Shown piece after piece: positions 30,590-39,655 of a stretch of 64,000 bases of DNA; the stretch's first letter is position 1; each line of letters begins with the position of its first letter. A program made the translations under genes and the position numbers. Under the pieces are notes generated by a model. It worked only from the letters and a program-made list of their open reading frames with translations. It was not told the origin of the DNA and ran no database searches. Source of the stretch: an uncultured virus (IMG/VR IMGVR_UViG_3300020050_010858) (lineage: Duplodnaviria; Heunggongvirae; Uroviricota; Caudoviricetes); the IMG/VR virus record IMGVR_UViG_3300020050_010858; one strand, written 5' to 3'.

Positions 30590-32217
30590 TCATTTTCTGG
30601 CGGTTCGGTCGGCGGTTCCGGGGCCGCTGGCAAAACATAATCCTTGCCCAGTAAATCTTCATCCCTGAAAATCTTCTGTAACTCAGGGTAAGCCGCCATC
30701 TTTGTTATGTTATCAATCTTCTTCGCCGCAATATCCGCCGCTTCCTGGTCGGTAGGCTCATAGAGTGAAAGGAACTTTAAATCAAAATCGTCTTCAAGAT
30801 TTTTGAACTTCGCAAAACGCTCGTCTTCGCGAATGTACTTGTTGATTATGAAACGGTAAATGGGTTCAATCTGCCCTTCCTGAATTTCACTCCTGATTGT
30901 CTGGTGCGTTGAATGTATATTGAACGAGTTAGCATTGTACGCAGTGTCGGACCCATAAAAGTAATCAGCGTTCACGCCTGACAGCATCCCCTGGTATTCT
31001 TTAATAATCGGGGAGACTTTCGCAAACCCTTCCGAAAGGTTATTGTTTACGATGTCAAGGTCTGCACCCTCAGGCAATTTTTGAAGCGTATTCAAGGAAA
31101 GCTTGGAATCAATGTCGGCTACCGTTGCGCGTAAACGCTCGATAGCCGTATCGTTCTGAGAATCTCCGCCCCACTTCATTGTCAGAATCTGCGCGCGAAT
31201 GCAAAGGACCTTGACCGTGTAAAGGTAGATGTTCACAGCTTCCGCCGCATCCTTGAGCGGGTAGATTCTGTTTTTCCCGATTGCGTAGATTGGTTCAAAC
31301 CCGGGGCAAAGGAAATGAGCTGTCACACCGTTACGCAGAATGTTTCCTAAAACATAAATCTGCGTGACACCGTCCGAACCGTCATCGCGAAAATCCATGC
31401 GCGTGTATTGATAGCCTGTCGCGTACGTGAATTGCGTATCATTGAAAATGTTAAACCGAATTCTGTTCGCTTCCTTGATTGGGACGATAAGCGATCCGCG
31501 CGGGGACAGGTGAGAGAACAAAAGCATTCGACGCAATTTCTCAACGAACCTTGAGCGCTTCAAAACACCTTTAACCATTTCTTCCAGTTCTTCGTTGTTC
31601 CCGTCTATATTCGGAGGCTGACGTGTTGCAATCTGAATCGGTTTGTCTATCGTCTGCGAGAGCGTAGGAATCGAAAGGTAATACTGATAGTTGTAAATGT
31701 AAGGACTATAGTCGATATAACTACCGATGCGTGTCGGATCTTGTGCGGTCCCGATTTGCAACGCATGATCGGAGAAAATCGAATTGAAAACTTCTTTAAA
31801 CTCTTTCGCTTCGCTCGTCTGCTTAATACGACCAATAGCCTTTGCGTACTTGCTCGCGGTTTCCTTGCTATTGAATGCCGTGGCTTCGCCTAACGTTACA
31901 GGCTGGGTGTACTTCGTGTTTGCTTCTTTCAAGCCGCCAGTAAAGATTTCATGTGCGCGAGTTTTAAAACGCGCGAACGTGTGAAGAAACTCCGTAGACT
32001 CGGGGCCCGGTCCTTCAGGCTTCGCGCGAGCGCGCTCCATACGTTCGCTGTTGTAGTCTTTTTGAATCTGAGCAAGCAAGCCGCCAAGATTCTTTGCATT
32101 GAGTACAGACTTGATTTCTTTCATCAGGGTCTGGTTGTCCGCCAGTTTCTTGACAGGCAAATCTTTCAGCGCCTGAATTGCGCTTAGCATTATTTCTAGT
32201 TGTTTGATAGCTTGCAT
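30586..32217 (-). CDS. Portal protein (DUF1073-like)
   Basis: Position; F.SLYEPTD.E.A C-terminal motif. Confidence 0.7.
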   Translation of the reverse strand: MQAIKQLEIMLSAIQALKDLPVKKLADNQTLMKEIKSVLNAKNLGGLLAQIQKDYNSERMERARAKPEGPGPESTEFLHTFARFKTRAHEIFTGGLKEANTKYTQPVTLGEATAFNSKETASKYAKAIGRIKQTSEAKEFKEVFNSIFSDHALQIGTAQDPTRIGSYIDYSPYIYNYQYYLSIPTLSQTIDKPIQIATRQPPNIDGNNEELEEMVKGVLKRSRFVEKLRRMLLFSHLSPRGSLIVPIKEANRIRFNIFNDTQFTYATGYQYTRMDFRDDGSDGVTQIYVLGNILRNGVTAHFLCPGFEPIYAIGKNRIYPLKDAAEAVNIYLYTVKVLCIRAQILTMKWGGDSQNDTAIERLRATVADIDSKLSLNTLQKLPEGADLDIVNNNLSEGFAKVSPIIKEYQGMLSGVNADYFYGSDTAYNANSFNIHSTHQTIRSEIQEGQIEPIYRFIINKYIREDERFAKFKNLEDDFDLKFLSLYEPTDQEAADIAAKKIDNITKMAAYPELQKIFRDEDLLGKDYVLPAAPEPPTEPPENE

Positions 32218-32218
32218 T

Positions 32219-32656
32219 TCATTTACTCCAGTCTGGCCAGGTGCGGTCGCGCTTGTTCATAATCGGACCTGAGACGCCCCAATCAATTCCAAGCGCCGGG
32301 TCGTCCCATCGTAAGCCCCGTTCTGCTTCAATGACTCGGGGCTCATTCATTTCATAATGTAAAACAGTGTTCGGCAGTAACGTCAAATAGCCCACGCCGA
32401 AACCTTTCTCGACAGGGAGGATCGCGCCCGCCTGTAAAATATCGTTCGTGTGTGATCCGGTTGCCAGATTCACAATTACCAGGCGCACAGCTCCGGATAT
32501 GACGCGGACAATCTTAGCGCACGCATGGGGGACTTCCTGATAGTGAATACCGCGTAACGTATGCGGACGCGGATTTGTTACAATAACGGAAAAATCGTTT
32601 TCGTGACTTCCAATTTCACGCGCTCGCCAGACAAAACCCCTTGCGTCAAAGTACAT
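32219..32656 (-). CDS. rmlC: dTDP-4-dehydrorhamnose 3,5-epimerase
   Basis: D.RG, TLRGIHYQ, K.VRV.SG, E.GLRWDDPALGIDW. Confidence 0.9.
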   Translation of the reverse strand: MYFDARGFVWRAREIGSHENDFSVIVTNPRPHTLRGIHYQEVPHACAKIVRVISGAVRLVIVNLATGSHTNDILQAGAILPVEKGFGVGYLTLLPNTVLHYEMNEPRVIEAERGLRWDDPALGIDWGVSGPIMNKRDRTWPDWSK

Positions 32657-33082
32657 TTACTGCGTTACCTCGTAATCTACAGAAGCCAGTAACAAACCGG
32701 TTTCATAAAGCGGATGATTGAATCCTTTCTTTGCAACCGTGGCGGGTGCATTCGGTGCTTCGTCTCCAGTCTTAATAATTTCTTGAGTCTTCGCCTTTGC
32801 GCTTTTTCCGATTTGAGTAAGAAGCACAGTCAAACTTCTGTTTATCTCTGGCGTGCGCCCGCGCAAGATTCGTTGCGTAATGTTTCTGAGCTGTGCTTGC
32901 GTTAGCTTTTTGTTTTTGGTAAGCGAGTGTTCAACGCCTCGACGAAATGCCGGGCGAGGCGGAATCTTTTCTGTACCGTACTCCAGATACAGCGCAACGT
33001 CGGCAACGTTAACCGGCGTTGCACTTCCTTTCTTCGGATACGTTACGGGGTTAACGCCAAAACTTAAACTGGGTGTGCTCAT
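32657..33082 (-). CDS. HK97 gp10-like tail completion protein
   Basis: EYGT..IPPRPAFR...PNAP.T..KKG...PL.ETG. Confidence 0.8.
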   Translation of the reverse strand: MSTPSLSFGVNPVTYPKKGSATPVNVADVALYLEYGTEKIPPRPAFRRGVEHSLTKNKKLTQAQLRNITQRILRGRTPEINRSLTVLLTQIGKSAKAKTQEIIKTGDEAPNAPATVAKKGFNHPLYETGLLLASVDYEVTQ

Positions 33083-34356
33083 CGTCTCGCCCTCCCTTTC
33101 CTTTCTGCCAGATTGATAAATTCAGAAAGCACCTTACTTGTCCGCCATTGGTTCACCGCACCAGCAAGGGCATCCGCCTCGTCATCATGCGGCACGCCCT
33201 TGACATAATTCACGATAGGATTTAAGAAAGCGGGACTCGTCCCTTTGATGACCCGAAGCCGATCTTTGTTGCCTGCAATGTTCACCATTATCTTTTCATG
33301 TTTCTTCTCAGTCTGGTGTAGAAATGTCCAGTAGTTTTTTGTAGTAAGCCCGAGTTCGTTTTCTGCCTGTCTAAAGTTATCAAGAAAAATCTTTGTAGAG
33401 TCTCCAAGTTGAGATTCAAGACACGTTTCAACAGGGGCGTGAACATCTAGAAACCTGAGCATTTCTAAAATCGTCGGCTTGTCAGTTATCGACTTTTCCC
33501 AGGTCTGCCCCGTAAATTCAATCGGCCAGTAGAGCTTATCGATGCCCGGTTGCGGCACGTAACAAACGATAGCAACAGACGTTCGATCAGACTTTTGTTT
33601 ATCCGAGAAAGATCCGTCGATAAACGCGACCCTGTATTGTGAAGAGAAGCCGTCGCATTCAAGAAAAGCCCCGATTGCGTTTTCGTTGAAGTCTCCCCAC
33701 AACCCTTTCACGCTTCGCATGTACTCCCCGGGGCGAAGTTTTTCCAGACGCGCAAGCTGGGCGAGGTAAGACGCCGGCAACGTGAAATTGTCGAACGATT
33801 CTGTATTAATGTAATGCACGGACGGGTCAGAACCGTCAAGCGCAGGGGCTATGAAACGTTTGTAAATATAATGCTCTTTGCTGTCCGGGTTTGTGGTCAT
33901 GCAAAGCACGTTTGGCATTCCTTCCTGCCTGAGACGTTTTTCAATCTCTGCAAGAACGCCTTCCGGCATTTCTGTCACTTCGTCAATGATTGCAGCACCT
34001 ACCGTTATGCCCTTCGGTTTCCCCGGATCATCGAACGAACGAAAACGGATTGTAGAATGACGACCAGCGTTCGCGTGAAAGATGACTTCGGGGTAGTTGC
34101 CTTTAAAAAAATCTTGAATCAGGAAAGCCGGGCAACGCGACTCGAATTCCCTCATAACGGTATCCTTGAGCATTGCGTAAGTTGGAGCGGCTACAAGGAT
34201 TTCAATTCCGGGAAACTCAATCGCCAGTTTAATTGCTTTAATGACGTTTGCAATCGTCTTGCCAGCACCCACACCCCCGTTGTATATCTGAACGAGTTTT
34301 GTGCTATTTACATACTCAACCTGTTTCGGGAGAAGTGCAGCGCGAAGGGTGTACAA
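33079..34356 (-). CDS. terL: Terminase large subunit
   Basis: GGVGAGKT, IIDE, TTNP, HDDEADA. Confidence 0.92.
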   Translation of the reverse strand: MYTLRAALLPKQVEYVNSTKLVQIYNGGVGAGKTIANVIKAIKLAIEFPGIEILVAAPTYAMLKDTVMREFESRCPAFLIQDFFKGNYPEVIFHANAGRHSTIRFRSFDDPGKPKGITVGAAIIDEVTEMPEGVLAEIEKRLRQEGMPNVLCMTTNPDSKEHYIYKRFIAPALDGSDPSVHYINTESFDNFTLPASYLAQLARLEKLRPGEYMRSVKGLWGDFNENAIGAFLECDGFSSQYRVAFIDGSFSDKQKSDRTSVAIVCYVPQPGIDKLYWPIEFTGQTWEKSITDKPTILEMLRFLDVHAPVETCLESQLGDSTKIFLDNFRQAENELGLTTKNYWTFLHQTEKKHEKIMVNIAGNKDRLRVIKGTSPAFLNPIVNYVKGVPHDDEADALAGAVNQWRTSKVLSEFINLAERKGRARR

Positions 34357-34358
34357 CG

Positions 34359-34730
34359 TTAGTTGGCTTTGTCCGGCGGCTTGAGCAAATCGACGATAAC
34401 GTTTGTTCCGGTCAGGTCAACGCTGGATTTGACGGTTGCCGTTGGCATGCCCTCTGCACGATTAGAAACAAACTCGGCGGAACCTTTCTCGCCCTTCACT
34501 GCTTTCTTGATTTGTTCAAGCGCGATCTTTTCAGCGTACGTTTGCGGCTCGTAAGTATTTTTTAAATCGTTGTCGAGAATGTAACGCGTTGCTTCAGAAA
34601 TTTTCCCGTAACGTGGACGCCCGCCAGGGTTTCCGCTAACACCTTTTGGAAAGGGCTTTAAGTTTTGAAGATTCAGTTTTCCACGGGGCTTGCCTTTACG
34701 CTGTGCCATCCTCGCTGTTTTCAATGGCAA
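34359..34730 (-). CDS. terS: Terminase small subunit (DUF5681-like)
   Basis: NLKPFPKGVSGNPGGRP. Confidence 0.75.
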   Translation of the reverse strand: MPLKTARMAQRKGKPRGKLNLQNLKPFPKGVSGNPGGRPRYGKISEATRYILDNDLKNTYEPQTYAEKIALEQIKKAVKGEKGSAEFVSNRAEGMPTATVKSSVDLTGTNVIVDLLKPPDKAN

Positions 34731-34741
34731 ATTCTATTCTG

Positions 34742-35092
34742 TCAAGCTCTAATTTGCACTATGTCAGCAATCAATTCATGCGCGTAATTTTCCGGCACCC
34801 TTACCCCTTTCACTGTCCTGAAGTGTTTGCCGGTTAATCTGAAAAACAAATAGCCGGACATTACGGCATGGTTCCCTTTTCGCGCATCGCGCTCTCTACT
34901 CTTTACACTGGTGTGCCCCATACCATTACCGTCTAACTCAATCAGGATTTTCGTTTCTCCCCGGGTCAGCCTGACGTCATATTCGAAACGCTCGCCGGGG
35001 ATTGTCTTTTGAGTCTCGTACTTGAACCCGGCTTTCTGCAAAGGCTTTTTGAAATTCAAATCAAAACAGATTTCCAGTTCTGACTTTTTCAT
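34742..35092 (-). CDS. Vsr/DUF559-like endonuclease
   Basis: RFEYD...LIELDG...H......D..K.N.A. Confidence 0.75.
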   Translation of the reverse strand: MKKSELEICFDLNFKKPLQKAGFKYETQKTIPGERFEYDVRLTRGETKILIELDGNGMGHTSVKSRERDARKGNHAVMSGYLFFRLTGKHFRTVKGVRVPENYAHELIADIVQIRA

Positions 35093-35313
35093 TTCTTCTT
35101 TCCCCGGGGAAGAAAAAGAAAACGGTCCTCGACGCGAACGCGTTTGACAGTGTAAGCCTGACACTCGGCATTCACTCGCTTGCCGGTCTTCATGCTTGAA
35201 AGCCATGTATGGATGGCGCTAACACTGGTTTCGAAATGCTTTGCAAGTTCGGCAACCGTGAAACCGCTTTTCCGCGATGGAAGTTTTGACGGGTCTAAAA
35301 GAATTCTACTCAT
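35089..35313 (-). CDS. HTH DNA-binding protein
   Basis: FTVAELAKHFETSVSAIHTWL. Confidence 0.65.
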   Translation of the reverse strand: MSRILLDPSKLPSRKSGFTVAELAKHFETSVSAIHTWLSSMKTGKRVNAECQAYTVKRVRVEDRFLFLPRGKKK

Positions 35314-35362
35314 GTAGAACACTAACGGCGAGTGTTGCACAGTTTCAAGCGAAATTTTCTTT

Positions 35363-35596
35363 CTATTTCTTAACCTCCTTAAGAGTCGCTTTCTTAAATA
35401 CGTAACGCGTTTCGGTCTTTACTTGCTCTACAAAGTATCCGACTGAACTGGAATTTATACCCCTGCCAGATTTCAAAGAGGACAGCCAACCATTTATGAC
35501 GTTTGGTGTCGTTCTAAAAAGCAAAGCCAGCTCCCATTTCGTGTAGCCGTTCTTTTTAGCGAGTAGTTTGGCGGGGTTAAGTTTTGAAGTTCTCAT
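35363..35596 (-). CDS. HTH DNA-binding protein, paralog of the adjacent gene
   Basis: YTKWELALLFRTTPNVINGWLSS. Confidence 0.6.
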   Translation of the reverse strand: MRTSKLNPAKLLAKKNGYTKWELALLFRTTPNVINGWLSSLKSGRGINSSSVGYFVEQVKTETRYVFKKATLKEVKK

Positions 35597-35656
35597 AACC
35601 GTCAATATGAACAGCGTAAATGTAAAGTAAACAAAATTTATGTGTAAGATAAGCCT

Positions 35657-35795
35657 CCCATTATCCCACAATCCCAAAACGGTTCTACCCTTCTGTATAC
35701 ACCCCCTATACTAACATATGTATACATACACATTTGTTAGTATACATACCTTATACTTTAAATATAAGAAAGAGAAGGGATTATGGGATAGTGGG
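35657..35795. other. Nested inverted repeats around an AT-rich core at the transcriptional divergence point (possible origin)
   Basis: 19-bp IR (17/19 match), 10-bp perfect IR, 12-bp palindrome. Confidence 0.5.
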
Positions 35796-35908
35796 ATTTA
35801 CAGAAAATCGCCGATTGCGAAACCGCTTGCAGCTAGCTGAAAAAAATTTTTAGGTCTAAACTAAATTTTTCGTTTGACGACTTCGTGCGCTCGTGTTTGT
35901 TGTAGTTC

Positions 35909-36190
35909 ATGGGCACACCAATAAGAGAGCTGAACGAAATGGACTTAATTGAGATTGCAAGGTATCATGATTACAATCAGGAAGACACTTTTCTTCCAAA
36001 ACATATAGAAGGGTCTGGCGCCGGGCAGACAATTCACGAATTATTGAAAGTGATTTTTAAGCAACGCGCAGAAATCGCAGATTTGAAAACTGAAGTGACC
36101 TGGCATGAAACGGAAAACAAAAGACTGACCGATAAAATCGAAGAATTGAAAGACGATTTTGAACGAATGACAGGAGGGCGGCCAGAATGA
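35909..36190 (+). CDS. Hypothetical coiled-coil protein
   Basis: First gene of the plus-strand module. Confidence 0.5.
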   Translation: MGTPIRELNEMDLIEIARYHDYNQEDTFLPKHIEGSGAGQTIHELLKVIFKQRAEIADLKTEVTWHETENKRLTDKIEELKDDFERMTGGRPE

Positions 36191-36435
36191 GCTCAAAAAT
36201 GGTTTTCACGGGCTTCGATGGCGAAGCGTTTACAATAGAGGAAACGAAAGTTTTCTCAAGTTCGGTAGGGATGAAAAAAGCTCTGGCGTCCGGCGGGATT
36301 ACGTATGCCGCTAATTATTCGCGCAAGCGCATAAAGATTGTTCACATTAAAGACGGGCTGCTTTTTGAATATTCAGGACCGGAAAAGTCAGGCCGACAAA
36401 TGCTTGCCGGGTATCCGGTAAGGGAAAAGAAGTGA
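36187..36435 (+). CDS. Hypothetical protein
   Basis: Translationally coupled on both ends. Confidence 0.5.
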   Translation: MSSKMVFTGFDGEAFTIEETKVFSSSVGMKKALASGGITYAANYSRKRIKIVHIKDGLLFEYSGPEKSGRQMLAGYPVREKK

Positions 36436-38627
36436 AGCTCGAAGAATACCAGAAGCCACACGTCAAGCGGCTAATCGAAGTTCTTAAGACTAAACGTGGT
36501 GCGCTTGACCTGAGCCATACAGGAACAGGTAAGACTGTTACGGGTTGCGCGGTCGTCCAGAAACTGGATAGACCGCTTGCCGTGGTTGCGCCCCTTGCAG
36601 CGTTGCCTGGATGGGAACGAACCGCGAAAGCGTTTGACCTGGACTTCAAAGCGGTCAACTATGAATCGGTGACAAAGAAACGCGGGTTCGTGTCTGCGTC
36701 CAGAATTGACATTCCTAAAAATGCAATCGTCATCTATGACGAAGGGCACAAGTGTCTGACGGGTTCCAGTCTAATTCAAACTGAAGTAGGGCTTATCCCT
36801 ATTGAAGAACTGGTCATGGAAAGGCTTGACGTAAAGGTGGCCAGTTATAACTTTAGCTCCCATGAGATTGAATACAAACGCATCAAAGCAAGATTCTATA
36901 AAACAAGTCCCATCGAGTTCTACGGTATTAAAGCAGGGCAGACGAAAGTCTTTTGCACGGCGGAGCATAAAATCTGGACGGACTCCGGGTGGAAAACTGC
37001 GAAAGAAATCCTTGAAAGGAATCTGCAAGGAGTGCGGGATTGTGTTCTATTATATGCGCCCTGGAAGAAAGCTCTGTTCGAGGAAGTGTTCCGCCGTTTG
37101 GAGATACAGGCAACCCGATTTGTTGGAAGCGCACCGGGAGCGATGCAAGAACAACCCAGGGAACGCGAAACTCTTGCGAAGTCCCGCTATGAGAGCCGCC
37201 AGCAAGAAAAGGATGATCGAAAGAAACCCTATGCGCTTGGAAAAAAACCGCCTCAAAGTCTCTCAGACGTTACGGAGGATTGGCCACGGACCGAAAGTTC
37301 GGGGCGGAAATGGAAAGCCGTCACCGTTATCACACAAGCGGTTCTGGCGTATAATTTCATACGACAAACGTTTCAAAGAGGAATTTCCAATCTCTATTGT
37401 CGGGCACAGAATACTAAAAGCCCCGACGTGTTACAAACTGGATTTTGCAATCCCGGCGTTACGCCTGGGAATAGAGATAGATGGTGGTTCGCACAACTCC
37501 CCCAAACGTCGGGAAGCGGACCAGAAGAAAACTCGAATACTCGCTGGACTCGGGTGGACAGTTGTGCGATTTACGAACGAGCAGATACGGAAGGAACCGG
37601 AGAGGGTAAAGAACGAAATCAATACGTTTTTGACATTGAAGTAGAAGATAATCACAATTATTTTGCAAACGATATTCTAGTGCATAATTGCAAGAACTAC
37701 AAAACGCAGAACGCGAAAACAATGCTTCGAGTTTCGAGAGCAGGTTTTAAGATCCTGACACTTTCCGCAACGCTTGCCGACCATGCCGAACAGCTCCGCG
37801 CATGGAATGACGCTTTTCGTTTTTCGGATGCTTACTCGTTTTCTGAGTTCATGTACCGTTGTGGTTACTACTACGAAAAGAACCGCTGGGGCGGGTCGTG
37901 GCTTCCACGTTATGAAAATGCGATTGAGCGCACCAAACGGGTCATAGCACCTTTCAGTTCTATTATGACCCGCCCGCCAGGGTTCAAGAATCAAATCAAC
38001 GTGACAGTGATTTCTTCTAAAGAAGACAAAGCACTTGCAAAACTGTATGAGGATACGTTCAAGCTTCTCCGATCTGGCGATAAGAAGCGAGACGGGGACC
38101 ACCTGACAAGAATGCTCAGGGCTCGTCAGGCGAGTGAGCGCGCAAAGATTGACTACGTCATTGAAAAGATTGTGGACTTGATGGCCGAAGGGTTTTCGGT
38201 TCCCGTGTTTTGCAATTTCAATAACACGATTGACGAGCTTGCAGCGCGCCTGTCAGGTTTCAATCCTGCAATCATCCGGGGCGGACAGAAGCCCGGCGAG
38301 CGTGAAAGTGAGCGTGTGAGATTCCAGGAGAACAAAGCCCGCGTCATTCTATGCAACATAGCATCCGGGGGCGTGGCGCTTGACCTGCATGACGTAAACG
38401 GTCGCCCGCGTTACTCTTTGTTCTTCCCGCCATTGTCCGGCGTGGAGTTAAAGCAGGGTCTCGGGCGGATTGACCGCCGGGGAAGTCTCAGCGATTCAAC
38501 GCAGGAAATCATTTTTTCGGACGTGCCCGCCGAGGTCCGTGTCTATGAAATCTTGAAAGAAAAATTAAGTGCACTTGATACGCTGCACGATAGCGAAATT
38601 GACATCCTGGGAGGGGTGAACGTATGA
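36432..38627 (+). CDS. SF2 (SNF2-like) helicase containing an intein
   Basis: TGTGKT, DEGH, LSAT, Q.LGRIDR motifs. Confidence 0.9.
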   Translation: MKLEEYQKPHVKRLIEVLKTKRGALDLSHTGTGKTVTGCAVVQKLDRPLAVVAPLAALPGWERTAKAFDLDFKAVNYESVTKKRGFVSASRIDIPKNAIVIYDEGHKCLTGSSLIQTEVGLIPIEELVMERLDVKVASYNFSSHEIEYKRIKARFYKTSPIEFYGIKAGQTKVFCTAEHKIWTDSGWKTAKEILERNLQGVRDCVLLYAPWKKALFEEVFRRLEIQATRFVGSAPGAMQEQPRERETLAKSRYESRQQEKDDRKKPYALGKKPPQSLSDVTEDWPRTESSGRKWKAVTVITQAVLAYNFIRQTFQRGISNLYCRAQNTKSPDVLQTGFCNPGVTPGNRDRWWFAQLPQTSGSGPEENSNTRWTRVDSCAIYERADTEGTGEGKERNQYVFDIEVEDNHNYFANDILVHNCKNYKTQNAKTMLRVSRAGFKILTLSATLADHAEQLRAWNDAFRFSDAYSFSEFMYRCGYYYEKNRWGGSWLPRYENAIERTKRVIAPFSSIMTRPPGFKNQINVTVISSKEDKALAKLYEDTFKLLRSGDKKRDGDHLTRMLRARQASERAKIDYVIEKIVDLMAEGFSVPVFCNFNNTIDELAARLSGFNPAIIRGGQKPGERESERVRFQENKARVILCNIASGGVALDLHDVNGRPRYSLFFPPLSGVELKQGLGRIDRRGSLSDSTQEIIFSDVPAEVRVYEILKEKLSALDTLHDSEIDILGGVNV
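36753..37688 (+). mobile_element. Intein (312 aa) inserted just after helicase motif II
   Basis: N-terminal CLTG, block B CTAEH, block F/G VFDIEVEDNHNYFAN.ILVHN followed by Cys. Confidence 0.93.
36862..37644 (+). CDS. Zn-finger plus Vsr/DUF559-like endonuclease nested in the +1 frame of the intein
   Basis: CKECG...CSRKC; YKLDFA...IEIDGGSH...D.KK..L...GWTVVRFTNEQI; true start uncertain. Confidence 0.85.
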   Translation: MRLNTNASKQDSIKQVPSSSTVLKQGRRKSFARRSIKSGRTPGGKLRKKSLKGICKECGIVFYYMRPGRKLCSRKCSAVWRYRQPDLLEAHRERCKNNPGNAKLLRSPAMRAASKKRMIERNPMRLEKNRLKVSQTLRRIGHGPKVRGGNGKPSPLSHKRFWRIISYDKRFKEEFPISIVGHRILKAPTCYKLDFAIPALRLGIEIDGGSHNSPKRREADQKKTRILAGLGWTVVRFTNEQIRKEPERVKNEINTFLTLK

Positions 38628-39655
38628 AAAAGAATCAATACTATTTGTCGGGATCTTCCTTTAGCATCGCGCAGAAATGCGCCGCGTCCGTTACAATCGA
38701 GTTTTCAAAGAAGCTTATGAGCGATGGGCAGGAAGCGAGCGAAGGAACCGATGCCCACGAAGTCATCGCAAACGATATTGAATCAATGCGCCGATTTCTT
38801 CCAGTGAAACACGACAAGCTCACAGAGTACGTAGAACGCAGGCTAGAAACTGATTACGATAAGTTCTGGTTGTCTGGCGGAGTGGATTATTTCGCAATCG
38901 ATTACCGTGACGGTGTGCTTTATGTGACAGACTGGAAAACGGGTCCGATGGGCATCGATCATTTAGGGCCAGCCCAGCTTGAGTTTTACGCCTACTTGAT
39001 TCTAATGGATCTTGCAGCGTCCCAGCGTAAAAAGATTACGAGCGTTATCCTGGCGCTCGTGTCCCCTCGCCTGAATCAAAAGAAAACGTTTACCGTTTCG
39101 GTTAATGAAATTCTGGCACTGTCTGAGAAGTTTGACGCAATCCTGCAAGCAATCGAGAAAAAACAGAAGCCTCAAACCGGGGAGCATTGCAGGTACTGTA
39201 ACAAAAGCGTGGTCTGTCCTGAATTGCGCGCCGAGCTGATCCGATTTACTGAGCCGAAATTCCAGGGCCAGCTTGTGAAGCTCACGGCCCAGGACTTAAA
39301 GCTTTTGACGATTGCGGCAACCAAGATCGATGACATAAAGAAATACGCGAAAGAGCTAATCGAGCACGGAACACCGATTCCGGGTACGCGTCTTGAATGG
39401 CGAAACTCTGCCCGCGTGTTCTCTCAGGACATAGACGGCGCAAGCATTGCAAAGGCCCTCGGGGTCAGATTGGACAGCATTTCCGAGGTTAAAATAAAAT
39501 CCCCGGCCCAGCTTGAAAAAGCGGGTTTCACATTGGACAAAGTAAATGACTTTATTACGCTGACCGGCGGAATGCAATTAAAGATCGATGTAGAGGGAGG
39601 GGCAAAGGCACAAAAGACGAAACCGCAGAAAATCAAAGTAAAAGGAAAAAGCTAA
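38624..39655 (+). CDS. PD-(D/E)xK exonuclease (DUF2800/Cas4-like)
   Basis: EGT.AH, GGVD, DWKTG, QL..YA, GEHCRYC..C. Confidence 0.85.
   Translation: MKKNQYYLSGSSFSIAQKCAASVTIEFSKKLMSDGQEASEGTDAHEVIANDIESMRRFLPVKHDKLTEYVERRLETDYDKFWLSGGVDYFAIDYRDGVLYVTDWKTGPMGIDHLGPAQLEFYAYLILMDLAASQRKKITSVILALVSPRLNQKKTFTVSVNEILALSEKFDAILQAIEKKQKPQTGEHCRYCNKSVVCPELRAELIRFTEPKFQGQLVKLTAQDLKLLTIAATKIDDIKKYAKELIEHGTPIPGTRLEWRNSARVFSQDIDGASIAKALGVRLDSISEVKIKSPAQLEKAGFTLDKVNDFITLTGGMQLKIDVEGGAKAQKTKPQKIKVKGKS

Noticed and set aside
12850..34840. Plus-strand ORFs antisense to the structural operon
   Set aside because: Shadow ORFs of well-supported minus-strand genes
35601..35650. Sixth dif-like site
   Set aside because: Arm-like words are present but the spacing does not fit 11-7-11
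38624..39655. Cas4 as part of a CRISPR system
   Set aside because: Standard phage exonuclease-SSB-PolA context; no array
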